DNA of 64,000 nucleotides from Adineta vaga (Eukaryota; Animalia; Rotifera). The stretch lies in the NCBI GenBank assembly GCA_021613535.1, contig CP075495.1:7192001-7256000 (forward strand), in the 5' to 3' direction. The translations under genes were made by a program, and so were the position numbers. The notes below the pieces were generated by a model, which saw only the letters and a program-made list of their open reading frames with translations, made no database searches and was not told where the DNA came from. Below, in pieces: positions 41,156 to 57,473 of the stretch. Numbering within the stretch: the first letter of the stretch is position 1; each line of letters begins with the position of its first letter.

Positions 41156-44100
41156 CTAGAAACTTGGATCACCAAAGCCAACTTGTCGTTGTAATGAAGT
41201 AATCTCATCCATTAATTGACCTGGAGGAAGCTCAAGCTAAAAATCAAAACAAATGATAGGATACAAATGTAGAAAATAAACCTATATATATTCTATGCTG
41301 AATTTTTAAAGTTTTTCGAAACTTAAATACTAGAGTATGCTTTGCCGAAATACATTATTCTCGGTAGTATTAGAAGATATCTAGATATTTAAAAAGTCAC
41401 TACAGATAAAGTTCGCTTTGGTTTATTTAATATCAAAATATCAAGTCTTACTTTAATCGCATATTTATAACTTTGTTCAGCTTCAATAACACGTTTCGTT
41501 TGTAGACATATAAGAGTTAAATACGCCCAAACCTCTAGAAAATCCAAAATAATGATCGAACTGTATTTTATATAAATGTATACTCTTACCGGCATTTTGA
41601 TTGTTCAAAAAATTCGCTTCAGTCAATGCTTCTTCTGCATCATCATATTGATTTAACTTTAAAATATAAACAATACTTTTTTTTCGATCGAAGATAAATA
41701 ATTTTATATCATACTCGATAACAAGCTATTCCAAGACCTAAATAGGTTGTACAAGTAGGTTGAAAACGACTTGCATTTAAGAACACTTCTTTCGCTTCCA
41801 TGTACTAGAACAAGAGAAAAAAAAGAAGAAGAGTCAAAATTTTGAATAAAAGAAACTAATCGATTTAACATACACTTGCTTCCGTTCCTTTTGATAGAAG
41901 AATCGCACCAAGTCGAATATAGACTGTATGAAGATCTGGTGGTTTTTCGGAGAAGACCAATGTACGTTGATATCGACCTAGAAGTGGAAAAAGTTAAGTT
42001 TTGAAGACCACAAAAAAAACACGATCAAACTAACCTTTAGCAGCTTCAAAATCTAATTGTAAATATTTAATATGTCCCCATAATGCCCATGCTTCAACAT
42101 TTTCATATTCAATTGACAATGCTTGTGTAATATGAGTTTCAGCAGCTGCGAAATCTTGTTGAAGAATCTTGGCTTTGGCCAATGCCATTTCTACTTGACA
42201 ATCTTTACCAGCATTGTTTAAAAATTCATAAGCTAATGTTTTTTCTGCCCACTAAAATATAGGAATAAAGTTTATTGATAGAATGAGAGAAACAGTAAAA
42301 GTTCGATTTCTTACCGTTGCAATATTATATTTGAGTAGAAATTCTGCTGTTTTAAGGTAAATACTCTTTTTATTGGCAACTTTTTCTGGTTCAATAATAT
42401 TTGAAATATCTTGAGATTTTCGAGCTGATAAAATTTCTGCTTTTGTTTTTTCTAGAAAAATTTAAAACATAAGATATTTATGTCGGAAAATAACTTTCGC
42501 GTAAGTATTACCTTGCTTTTGTTTACTAGATTTACTACTACGACTAAGACGAGCTTTTGATGCGACGTTCAATAGAGGATCAGAAGTTTTCAATGCTTCT
42601 TCTAAACATATTTTCTTTGAAAAACTGTTGGATTGAAAATGATTCGAAATTCCTACCGGCACTACGATCTTTTTCTTCATCTTCACGTCTTTCGTCAGTT
42701 AATGGTGCTGATTGTTGTGCTACGGCTGCTGTCTGTTCTTCTTCACTTTTAAGAATAGCACGCTGAAGTTTTTCGGCTTGTCCTAATGTTATTTGTGCAT
42801 TTGTTTCATTACCAATATGTTTTTGAAAAACACCTAAATATAACTAGAAATATGACTTTCATTTCTCGACGTTTTTTACTGTACCATAAAGTGTCCATGC
42901 AACAACATTTTCAGGATCTTCAACTGTCACTGTTTCGAAAAACAAATCAGCAACTTCATTATTTTCTAATATAGCATTGATAACAGCATTTAATAATAAT
43001 CTATAGACAAAAGATAGATGTATTATTAAAATAATGGAAAGAATTGATTGCGAAGAAGTCTATTCGATTCATTTTTTTTTTGTCTTACGCTGTACTATTT
43101 GTTTGCTCGATTGAAATACATTCCTTTAAACATTCTTCAGCTTTGATCAAATCATTAACAAGTAAATGAAATGCAGCAAAATCAAGCCACGAACGAAGTT
43201 TATCTGGATTTTGTGCGATACGCTAAAAGAACATTTCGAAAATGATTTCTGTCTATATTTTTACATGAAATGAATCTACTTGTTTATAATAATTTGCAGC
43301 TAAAAGATAATCGCCATTACTTTCTGCTTCTAATGCAAACATACGTAATTGTTCATCAGTATTTCTTAAAGGTGGTACAGGTTCGGGTTCTTCAATATTC
43401 AATGATTTATTTAATGAACGATGCATTTCATCAAGAAGAAATACATATAATTGACTGATAAATGTCTAAAAATTAATTAATTATAGTTACACTAATGTTT
43501 TAATCAATATCACAAAAAATTAATTTACCTGTAGTTCATCTGGATTATTAAATTTACTTGTACGAAGAAATTTTTCTCGAACAATTTTTATCACACTATG
43601 TTTCAATTGTTCTTTGAATGCAAAATATTTACCCGTTGAATTTAATTCATACAATAATTTACGACGTCTAAAAAAGATGTATGTATAATATATTCGAATA
43701 AGATATGTTTTTTCTTAGCAGAAATATACTTTTGATCATTAGGCAAAGGTGCTTCGGAATTTGTTTCATCGCCACAAACTTTCCTAAATTCAATTAAGAG
43801 AAATATTAACTTGACAAAAAAGAATACATCTTTATTACATACCGATATTCATCAAGAACGAGACAACAAACATTTTTGATTTGTTGATGATAATCGTCGA
43901 CTGCTTTTTCTGAACTATTGACTTTTACTGGATAATTTGAACGGGGTGGAACAATTTCCGATATTCTTTTGTAAAAAGAATTTTTATAGAGAAAATTTCC
44001 TTAATAATATACTTACTTTCGAATTAAATCACTTAATTCTCGTCGTTCAATAATGGGTCGATCAAGTACAATATCAATAATAATATAAGAATTTTGTTCG

Positions 44101-46324
44101 AGATATTGTTGTGTTTCAGATGTTGTTGGAGCTGCTTCTTCGCCTGATTCTGCTTTCTTTAAATCAAAATAAACAAAAACATGAGCAAATCGATCATAGA
44201 TTTCTTTACATAGAGTCTAATATAAATGCTGAATAATATCATTTATCAATAAAGATTTAAAAAAATATAAACAAAAATGCAAAAGAACGTAGTTTATTCT
44301 ATGTCATTTTTACTTTTCTCCATCTTTTCTTTGTATATCTTTTTCTTGATGATATACTGCGATGTGTTCGAATTTTAGATGATTTTCTTTTTTTCTTTAA
44401 ACAAACGAGAATTCGTCAAGATTTCTCTTTCTTGTATTCTCATGAAACAAATAAAAGAATTACTTACTTTTTTTGATGCACTCACGCCTGCACTAGACGT
44501 TGGTGGTTTTTCTGTTCCTGATTTCGTGTCTTTTTTTGTTGAAGATAAAGCTGAACGATCGAATAAATGACTAGCAATACGCATAGCATCATCGAGTACA
44601 TTGTTCGATCGTTTTGTCTAATTGAGATAATGAAAAAAAAATAAGATAAGATCAAATTTTGATACATTTAATGAATATTACTTTTGATTTATATTCAGCT
44701 TCATTATATGGTACAACTTTATATGCACCACGAGATCTTGTTGCTATAATAAAAAGGAGAATAAAAGAAATTCTTTTGCATTTTAATTACCGCCTGGATA
44801 AAGGAGTGGTGCTGTTTCGATGTAAGCAACTCCATGATAACTAGTTCCACTATCATCATCCTAAAAACAAAACAATGATTCGATTGATAATTTTAGTTTG
44901 TATTTGAAACGAACCTTCTTTCCTCGAGGTGCAGTTGGAGCACTTGTACGCACGATTTCAACTGCAATGTATGGCGAACGTGTTATTTGATGTTGCAAAC
45001 TAGAAATATTCAATTATGAATTCGTCCTTTTACATTTCTCTCTCTCTCTCTCCGTCGTCCTACCTTTGACTACCATGTGGAAGTAGAAAACATCGTCGTT
45101 CAATATTCCAAACAACTTGTGACTTAGTTTTCTCAGAATTTGTTCGAAATTCTCGATCTTTTTTATCACGTAATTCACCTTGTTCATCATCAATTGATTC
45201 TTCATGAATTGTACTATAATCATTCTTGTTTAGTTCTTCAGATAGTACATGCATCAATTTAACTTACTGTCCAGGAATATAATTACCATTTGTAGTTAAA
45301 ATTCGACGAGCATCTGGCCAACGTTTTTGTTTATTTGTTGTATCAGCTGGTGCACGTACTGTACCATTAGTAAAGACCAACATTGTATCTTTCTATAAAA
45401 ATGAATAACGAAATCAAAGATATGATTATCAATACAGAATGATTTACATCATCATTTATTGGAATTGGTAATGTAGCTGTATAGATAAATGATGATCCAC
45501 TAGTTATCCAGGTTTCAGGTGGTGAATATAAACCTTCTAATGTAATTGAAATAGCATTTGTATTTGATTGATCACGTGTAGGAATCAATGGTTGGTCGAC
45601 ACTAACATTGACAATCAATGATGCCTATGAAATAATAGTGCTAGAGAATCTTTCTTGGCTAGTTATTGTTTTTCTGAAATAGATCTTTCAGTAGAAATCA
45701 AATCAATACCTGATTTTGTTCTCCTTGTGCTTCTAAAAATGATCCCGTAATAGGATGAATTGGTAGAGTAACAGAAATTTGTGTTTCTTCTAAAAAAAAT
45801 AAATGATTTATTTGTATTATAAAAATATGATTTAAATTTACTTTTTAATAAAGGCCACAGATCTAGTACAGCTTGACCAAAAGGTGTTGATTTATCTTCT
45901 TTAACTTTCTTATCTTTTGGTGCAGCTTCCAATAATGTAACTACAATTCATTTTGTCCTAGACAATAACTTTATCCATCTAAATCTTTTCTTACTTAGAA
46001 CAGGCTTTTGTCCTAAATCATCGACTTGTATTGGATCGGTAGCATTAATACCTAATACAGCACTATGCTCAACTAGTCGTGGATTTCCATCGGTTACATC
46101 GACTTTTCCTGATTCCGAAAACTGTCCATCATTATATTCAAATCGAAGAAATACACTTAATGGTTCAGCTCTTGGACTTTTCTATAAAGTAACAAAAAGA
46201 ATTCGAATGAAATATTTCACTTTCTGTAATGATTAAAATGATTACATACAAGATTTTGTATTTTAGAAACATTGATATTGATTTTATTAGGAAATCGATC
46301 TACTTTTTCAGCTCGAGATGTCAT
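41156..46324 (-). CDS. CFAP70: Cilia- and flagella-associated protein 70 (TTC18), TPR protein
   Basis: [75 protein letters not shown] exons and the C-terminus QVGFGDPSF*. Confidence 0.9.
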
Positions 46325-46382
46325 TTTTTCAAGTGATAAACTTAAAATAACGTTTCAATAACTACTACCATTTGCAATTCTG

Positions 46383-46396
46383 ATTTCCATAGTAAC
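46383..46396. promoter_or_regulatory. X-box (RFX-binding) motif upstream of CFAP70
   Basis: ATTTCCATAGTAAC (minus strand GTTACTATGGAAAT) is close to the GTNRCC-N0-3-RGYAAC consensus and lies ~60 bp upstream of a ciliary gene's ATG. Confidence 0.65.
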
Positions 46397-46637
46397 ACAA
46401 CCATTACAGATGTCACTGTTAAAATACTTTTTTCTCATTTGAATTATTTCTTTTTTTTCTTCTTAATAGAAAGTAAATAAAATTATTTCGAAGATAATTT
46501 ACTAAGAACTTCACGAAAAAAATATTCATTTTCTCTTTTCATTTAATGACTCATTCAATACTCAGTCGTTTGTTCATTTATTCATTTCTTTTCAATAACA
46601 CAAATATCTTTCAGACTTAAAAGAAAGAAATACTCCA

Positions 46638-48394
<1,757 letters not shown>

Positions 48395-48532
48395 ATAATT
48401 CCTTTTCTCTCCTCTTTTTCTTGTTATTTCTTAAAACATTAAAAAAAAGATCATTTTTATTCAGCAGATTGTCACGTACAAATAAAACTATTCATTCTAG
48501 ATTTAAACAACAAAGAGAAAAGAAAACCCATC

Positions 48533-49599
48533 ATGGACGTACTTAATCCAAAGACTTATGATGCTGAGGAAGATCAATTACGTGAACGTACACAATATAG
48601 TCAAATGGATAAGCTTATTATACCAATGGAATTTCAACAACAACCAGTATCGACTGGTGTAAGAATATGATTTATTAGTTTTCGTTTCAAATTGAAAGAA
48701 TAAAATTGCTCGTTGATTTTTAGACAACTATCGTAGCTGTTGAATATGATGGAGGTGTAATCATTGGTGCTGATACACGTACTTCAGCCGGGTAAGATTT
48801 GTATAGTAGGGAAACTTTCGTTTTTTTTTATTGTTTATTTTTTTCCGAATAGATCATTCGTTGTGAATCGCTTTACGGATAAATTAACACCATTAACTGA
48901 TCGTATCTTTTGCCTTCGATCTGGTAGTGCTGCTGATACACAAGCTATTGCCCAGATTGTTACTTATCAACTGGATTTTCTTTCGTAAGTCTAATATTCT
49001 TTTTTTCTGTTTGAACAGAAATTCAAATACGATCAGTTGATACATGAATAGATCTCCTGTTTGCGATGAATTTTAGGGCAGAAATGAACGAACCACCACT
49101 TGTGCGTATTGCTGCTAATTGTGTTCGTCGTTTGATCTATCAGTATCGTGATGATTTTGTTGCTGGTATGATTGTTGCGGGATGGGATAAAAAGTTAGGC
49201 GGACAAGTAAGTTGCGAAATAAATAAAAATGATGTAATCATTTCATTTTGTTCAAATATTCTTTAGGTTTATTCTTGTCCACTTGGTGGTTTACTTGTTC
49301 GACAACCGGTTACACTTGGTGGTTCAGGTAGTACTTATATCTGGGGTTATCTCGACAATAATTATCGTCCCAACATGACAAAACAAGAATGCTTCGATTT
49401 CGTATTGAAAGGTCTACTGAAAATAATCAATTATTTCTTTATTTTAACTATTTTATTCGATTCTTTTCTAGGTATAACTTTAGCAATAACTCGAGATGGT
49501 TCAAGTGGTGGTTGTGCTCGTCTTGCTATCATCAACAAAGAGGGTGTTGAACGTATTGATGTCCTTGGAAATGATTTACCAAAAGTTTTCGATCTTTAA
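48533..49599 (+). CDS. PSMB6: 20S proteasome subunit beta-1
   Basis: Propeptide ..VSTG|[59 protein letters not shown]. Confidence 0.96.
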
Positions 49600-49911
49600 A
49601 AAAATCGTTATCAACAATCTTCATGTCTTAGCCAAGGATTATAAAACATTTTTTTTCTCTTTCACTTTTTTCCGTCTCCATGTTCTTTTTTTTCTGTCTC
49701 TTGTCTTATCACTTTAAAAAAAATATTCTGATCAAAAGAAAAAAAGAAAAAAGTGACATCTTCAGTTATTATGATTGGAAAGTTGAATTGAGCAATAAAC
49801 TATTGAGACGAATGTGGCACATCATTTGGATAAACTATGGACTTTTTGTCGACGATTCATGGATGTTAGTTATACACTTCTTCTCGTAAAATATTTTGTA
49901 GATTTCTAGCC

Positions 49912-52251
49912 ATGGTTCGTTTATCCATTATTTGTATTGGACTATTTCTATTTGCATCCGTGTGGTCAACAACAATAAATATAGATGGATCATCCAAACG
50001 TTTATTAGTACTTTTGGATAACTTGGGCATACGAGAATCACATTCGTTTTATTTTAAACAATTGACTGGTAAGAATAATAAAAATTTTCGCGTAATTAAT
50101 TTAATATTCAAATTGGATTCAGTAGGTTAAATAATGAGGAGAAATAGTTTCGTGAGTAGATCTCTGCTTAGCTGATCAGTAAGTTTTTGACAATCGAGTG
50201 ATGAATATTAGATTTATAGCTGTTCACATTCTGAATATCCTATGATTGGTATTATTAACTTATCTGACGATTGTCTTTATACTGAACACTACTTTCATTT
50301 GGATATATCATACGAAATCAACGATAAATACTTTGATTTTGTTTTTATAGATCGTGGATTTGACATTACGTATAAATCATCCGATGATAGCAGTCTTCAA
50401 ATTGTGAAATATGGTGAATATCTTTATGAAAATATTATCATCTTTGCACCTGCAACAAAAGGTAATGTTATCGATGACTTCTTTTTTGTTGTTGTTTTTA
50501 AAATAGCTGAATATATAGAATTCGGTGGACGTTTGGATGCAGAAATTTTAACCCAATTTGTTGATGCAGGTGGTAATGTTCTTGTTGCTGGTAGTAATAC
50601 AATCGGTAAGTCATACCGAATCATTCTTTTCGAGATTCTTACTCATGACCGATTTCAGGTGATGCTATTCGTGAATTTGCCGGTGAATGTGGTATCGAAT
50701 TTGCTGATGACAAAAGTGCAGTCATTGATCATTTGAACTACGATGTGAATGATGATGGACAAGTAGGACTTAGTATATTTTTGTAAAGGAGATGGAATAA
50801 ATTCGACTTTTCTTTTAGCATACATTAATTGTTGCCAGTCCAGATAATCTTCTTTCAGCGGAAATTATTGTTGGAGGTGCTAAAAAGAATGCTGTACCAT
50901 TTCTTTTTCGAGGAATTGGGTAAGATCTCATTCATTTATCTTTTATAGATATCATAAACGATTTAATTTATAGAATGTCATCTGATCAAGATAATCCTTT
51001 ATTACTTGATATTTTAACAGCTTCATCAAGTTCATATACAGCAAATCCAGAAGAACAAACTTTAAATGAAGTACTGAAATAACATATTTTCTATTGATTT
51101 GTCAAATTTCATTCATTTTCATATGAATAGTATCCAGCTACAGTTGGTAAACGAACATTATTAATCTCTGTACTTCAAGCTCGTAATAATGCTCGTGTTG
51201 GTTTTGTTGGTTCATTGGACTTTTTCAGTAATGATTTTTTTGAAGGTTCAATTCAAACAATTAATGGAAAGAAGTAAAATGAAAATGACTTTCAAATAAT
51301 TAAAATATACAATTGAACTTTTAGACATCCAAAATCAGGTAATCAAGATTTAGCTGTTGCTTTAACTGATTGGGTATTTAAACAACGTGGTGTTTTACGT
51401 GCAAGAAATATTCGTCATTATTTGAAGAGTGATAAATCAACACCAAGATTTTATACAGTTAAAAATGATATTGTAAGAATAGAAAAATAGTTGAACGAAA
51501 AGTGTTATATATCTGAATATTGATTTTAAGGTATTTAATGTTCAATTTGATGAATTCGTACATGGAAAATGGATGCCATTTAATGGCACAGATGTTCAAT
51601 TGGAATTTGTTCGTATTGATCCATTTGTTCGAACAACATTGAAAAATAAAGGTTTGATTGAAAAATTCGATCATGTTTTTTTGAAAGTATAAATATTCCA
51701 AAAGCTATTGTTCTATGGTTGAGAGGTTTTAATCTAAAAATTATCTAGTCACTAATCTATATAGAAAGAAATATGAATCGCTGATGAAAAAGACAATTTT
51801 TTATCTATAATAACAAGTTTTCAATATTTTTAGGTGGTCAACTTGAAGCTCAATTTCGTGTTCCAGATACTTATGGTATCTTTAAATTTGTGATTGATTA
51901 CAATCGTGTTGGTTACACATATTTATATTCGGCCACACAAGTATGTTCCTATTTCATACGAATAATTGTTTAATGATCGGAACGATTAGAATATCGATTT
52001 CGAATAAGTTTTATATGAATGAATGATATTCTTTCGATATTTTTCATTTTTTTTACTGTACTCAATGAATAATTGTGATATTTTTATTTTAGGTTTCTGT
52101 TCATCCATTACGTCATACTGAATATGAACGTTTCATACCATCAGCTTATCCATATTATATTTCATCATTTTCAATGATGGCTGGTGCATTTCTTCTCAGT
52201 TTTATCGTACTTTATCATCGAGATGACGTACCAAAGAAGAAAGCAGAATAA
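49912..52251 (+). CDS. DDOST: Oligosaccharyltransferase 48 kDa subunit (OST48/Wbp1)
   Basis: Signal peptide, [76 protein letters not shown], a TM helix and a KKKAE ER-retrieval end. Confidence 0.97.
50189..50275 (+). ncRNA. Intronic box C/D snoRNA in DDOST intron 1; predicted guide for LSU rRNA 2'-O-methylation
   Basis: 8-bp perfect terminal stem GACAATCG/CGATTGTC, box C GTGATGA 50198-50204, D' CTGA 50231-50234, C'-like ATGATTG and box D CTGA 50264-50267. Guide GCTGTTCACAT is complementary to the 28S sequence AUGUGAACAGC (recalled). Confidence 0.85.
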
Positions 52252-52882
52252 ACAAACTGAACAATATCAACGGACATAAGACATTTTATTCATTCCTTTT
52301 AGGTGAATCTTTACTATTATTATTATCATCATTATCGTTGTTGTTGTTGTTGTTATGTTATTAACCGATTTGTTTTTGATTGCTTTATTGATTTTCTTTC
52401 CTTTTCTTTTATATAACGACTCTCTTTGTTTTGTGTGTAGACACTAGAAAAAAAAATATGATCTTGTCCATTTCCTGAGGGATACTTAACATGCTTGTTT
52501 TTTGTTTTTGTTATAAGAAAAAAAAGGAGAATAAAACAAATTCTTTATCGATTAAATTTACTTTCCAGATACTAATTTTGTCGAAATTCGTATCAATGAT
52601 GTTCATAAGGTAGAATACAGATAGAGTAAATTATAATAATTTACATAACTGATGATAGATCAACAAAGATTGCATAAAATACTATGAATACTTAGTTCTA
52701 TAAAAATACTTTTGATAAAAAAATGTATCATAGTTTATCGTCGTTGTTTCTTTCGATACTGTATACGTAAATGTCTGTACATGAAAATTTGTTTTTTTGT
52801 TCTTTAAGAAAACAATAATGAATATCAAGGTTTGAACGATTTTATAGTCTCATTTTTTAGATCGATTTTATAATATAGAATA

Positions 52883-54875
<1,993 letters not shown>

Positions 54876-55023
54876 CAAACTCAGTACTTTTAGTTCATTT
54901 GAAAAGTAAAAAATCAAGCAATAAAGAAAGATAAAAGAAGAGATTTGTTTTATTTTCTAATTAAGCAATCATAGATAAAATAAAATCATAGTGTTTTTGT
55001 ATTCGAAGATGAAGTATTTGAAA

Positions 55024-55593
55024 TTAGATATTTTGATCCTTTAAATCATAGAGTTTTGGTCGAACAGTGACATGTTGTTCATTTAAAACTTTTGATTTTT
55101 TCCATGCTTGACTAAGAATTGTTACATAGGCATATTGTTTTGTTGGTAATTCAATTAAATAATGGTAGAGAACTCCGCTAACAATTTGTGATGCAACCTT
55201 AGCTGGTTTGATTTTATGTTTGAGATCAACTTTATGAAGATCATGAAGTTTTTTTGAAATGATTTTTTTATGCTAAAAAAATGAAATCTTCAATATATAA
55301 AAAGAAATCTTACTAAGAAAAACAAACCGTATCGAATAATTTTTTACTTTTTGCATCAATTTTTGTAGACCAAGCTGTGCGACCACCACCAATTTTCACT
55401 GGCCTTGAAATAAAGATTAGATAAAAATGGATTATAATTCAGGTTTTTTTTTCAGAAATAATTACTTATTGGTAACTGCATGCTCTTTAACGATAGCTTT
55501 TTCTTGTTTTACAACTGCTGGTGCACTGTTACTTGTTTCAAATAGAGCCACAAGAATCGTACAAATTAGAACAAAAATTGTTTTGGATTGCAT
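55024..55593 (-). CDS. Secreted cystatin-like protein, 3 exons
   Basis: Signal peptide MQSKTIFVLICTILVALF, N-terminal IGGG, QxVxG motif QIVSG and a downstream AW (PW-like) motif. Very Lys-rich. Confidence 0.75.
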
Positions 55594-56410
55594 GATACTG
55601 TCTTATGACTGTCTTGTAATGGTATGATATCTATTTTCTCTACGAAGGTCATCATATATACACATATCTATGTTATTTATTTTTCTGTGCTATTCTACCA
55701 TAAAAAAAACTATTCTATGTTCTATCTATTATTCTTTGTCATTTCCCTTTGATAGGCGTTATTATCATTAACATCATATCATCGAGTAAACAAATGCGAA
55801 TTAATTTATTGCATTAGTTTGAAGTCAGATGATTTTCTATATATCGATGAATGTATCAACTAACATTTACTATAACCATCAGCAATCTTTTCAGGGGAAA
55901 TAGACACTGTATACTTTCAAAACTTGTAGAATGTTTTTTTTGTGAATTTCCAATATAATGCACCGTTTGCTGTACTCATAAACGTATGACCTCTTTTATT
56001 TTTCGCCTAGTGATTTCTTAGCCAAAGAAGAATAAACATTTTCTTTCTTCTGTATACATAAATGACTCATTTTTTTCCTGTTCTTGCATTGTATAAAGAT
56101 TTGCAACCAAGTTTTTTTTTCTTTATGACAAAATAGAGAAAGACAATATCAACATCGATTATATTTTAGTGCTACTACGAAGAAACAGAAACCAACTAGT
56201 TCTTGTCATTATGAAAGATAAAAACATGTCATCGATATGATTGTTACATTATCAACATGACTTTCTGAATAAATTAGACTTATCTATAGTCTTTAATTTT
56301 TTCTTCTTTTATTTGAAAATTTCGCAAGACGACTTTTTCTCTTTTCTTCCTTTTCTCTCGAATAATCTGATGCATTTTATTTTACCCACTACACCTTTTT
56401 TTTGATCAAC

Positions 56411-56418
56411 TATAAATA
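56411..56418 (+). promoter_or_regulatory. TATA box of the 56520 gene
   Basis: TATAAATA lies upstream of a probable short 5'UTR exon and intron (gtactt...ttccag, ~56473-56516) that ends just before ATG 56520. Confidence 0.4.
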
Positions 56419-56519
56419 CGTCCGCTACATGTATATTTCAATTGAAAGTAGTAAACAAGAAAGACAACACAGGTACTTGCATCAGAAATATTACTAAATA
56501 ATATTAAGTGTTCCAGATA

Positions 56520-57473
56520 ATGTTATTAGCTGATTTTTTACCACAATCAAATTCAGTACAACTGCCCAATAATATGGCTGAAGCAGGTCAAAATAACGAA
56601 TTTGAAAAATCATCAGAGATATCATCATCCGAAGTGAAACCAATTGAAGATGAACCTTATTCGATCTCTTCGATTAAAATTCCACTAGTATCCTTCCAAC
56701 CAATTTTGGCTACATCACCAGAATTTCTTCTGGTGAATGAAAACACAAAAAGAAGAAATACTTTTATTATCTTTGATCAAAATTTTCAAAAATTTGAAAA
56801 ACGTTCTTTCATAAAAGAACCTCTGCTTGATGGTTTATGGTATGAAGATGAAAAGAAATTTCTTCTCCTTACAGCAACAAATATATCTGCCCTTGATCCA
56901 ATGACAGGATATATCGAATTAGTACAGACTTTAATCCCAACAGACAATAAATATTTTAAATGTTTTACATTCTTAAATCAATCAATATTATTGATAGCAT
57001 ATGAGGAATGGGGTGCAGACTATATTGATCAATGGAAACAAGATAAGGAAAATGGATCTTGGAAACTCATTGGGAAATTGCCTGTGAACCTAACCTATAA
57101 TGAATTTATTGGAAGTATGTTAACAATTATTGAAAATAATTGCTCATATGTTGCATTAACAATTTATAACCATTTAACTGAACAATGGCGATTAGAACTT
57201 CGTCACACAGAAACATTTATATGTCAAAAAGAAGTTTTACTTCCGGATACTAATGTGGCACATGATTATAGAATTATATCCATTGAAAACACAAAATCGG
57301 ACGTGAAATTCCTTGTTTTTTCTTCAATGAACTCAAATATCATAGCAATTGATTCACAATGGAAGAAAACACAATTGAATTATAAACATCCTGTTCAACG
57401 TATGGCATTATTTCAAGGAAATCAATTAATTGTACGCACAACAGAAAGAGTTGACATACATTTATTCCTGTAA
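56520..57473 (+). CDS. Uncharacterised protein with an intronless CDS, probably beta-propeller-like
   Basis: A ~317-aa uninterrupted ORF in AT-rich DNA with repeated short beta-strand patterns (FLLVNE, FIIFDQNF, LWYEDEKKFLLLT, IIAIDSQW). Confidence 0.7.
   Translation: MLLADFLPQSNSVQLPNNMAEAGQNNEFEKSSEISSSEVKPIEDEPYSISSIKIPLVSFQPILATSPEFLLVNENTKRRNTFIIFDQNFQKFEKRSFIKEPLLDGLWYEDEKKFLLLTATNISALDPMTGYIELVQTLIPTDNKYFKCFTFLNQSILLIAYEEWGADYIDQWKQDKENGSWKLIGKLPVNLTYNEFIGSMLTIIENNCSYVALTIYNHLTEQWRLELRHTETFICQKEVLLPDTNVAHDYRIISIENTKSDVKFLVFSSMNSNIIAIDSQWKKTQLNYKHPVQRMALFQGNQLIVRTTERVDIHLFL

Noticed and set aside
51700-51800. Possible H/ACA snoRNAs in enlarged introns (here, and also ~40070-40185 and ~54040-54145)
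   Set aside because: Hairpins and H/ACA-like boxes are partial and easily arise by chance in AT-rich DNA. They need folding and small-RNA data.
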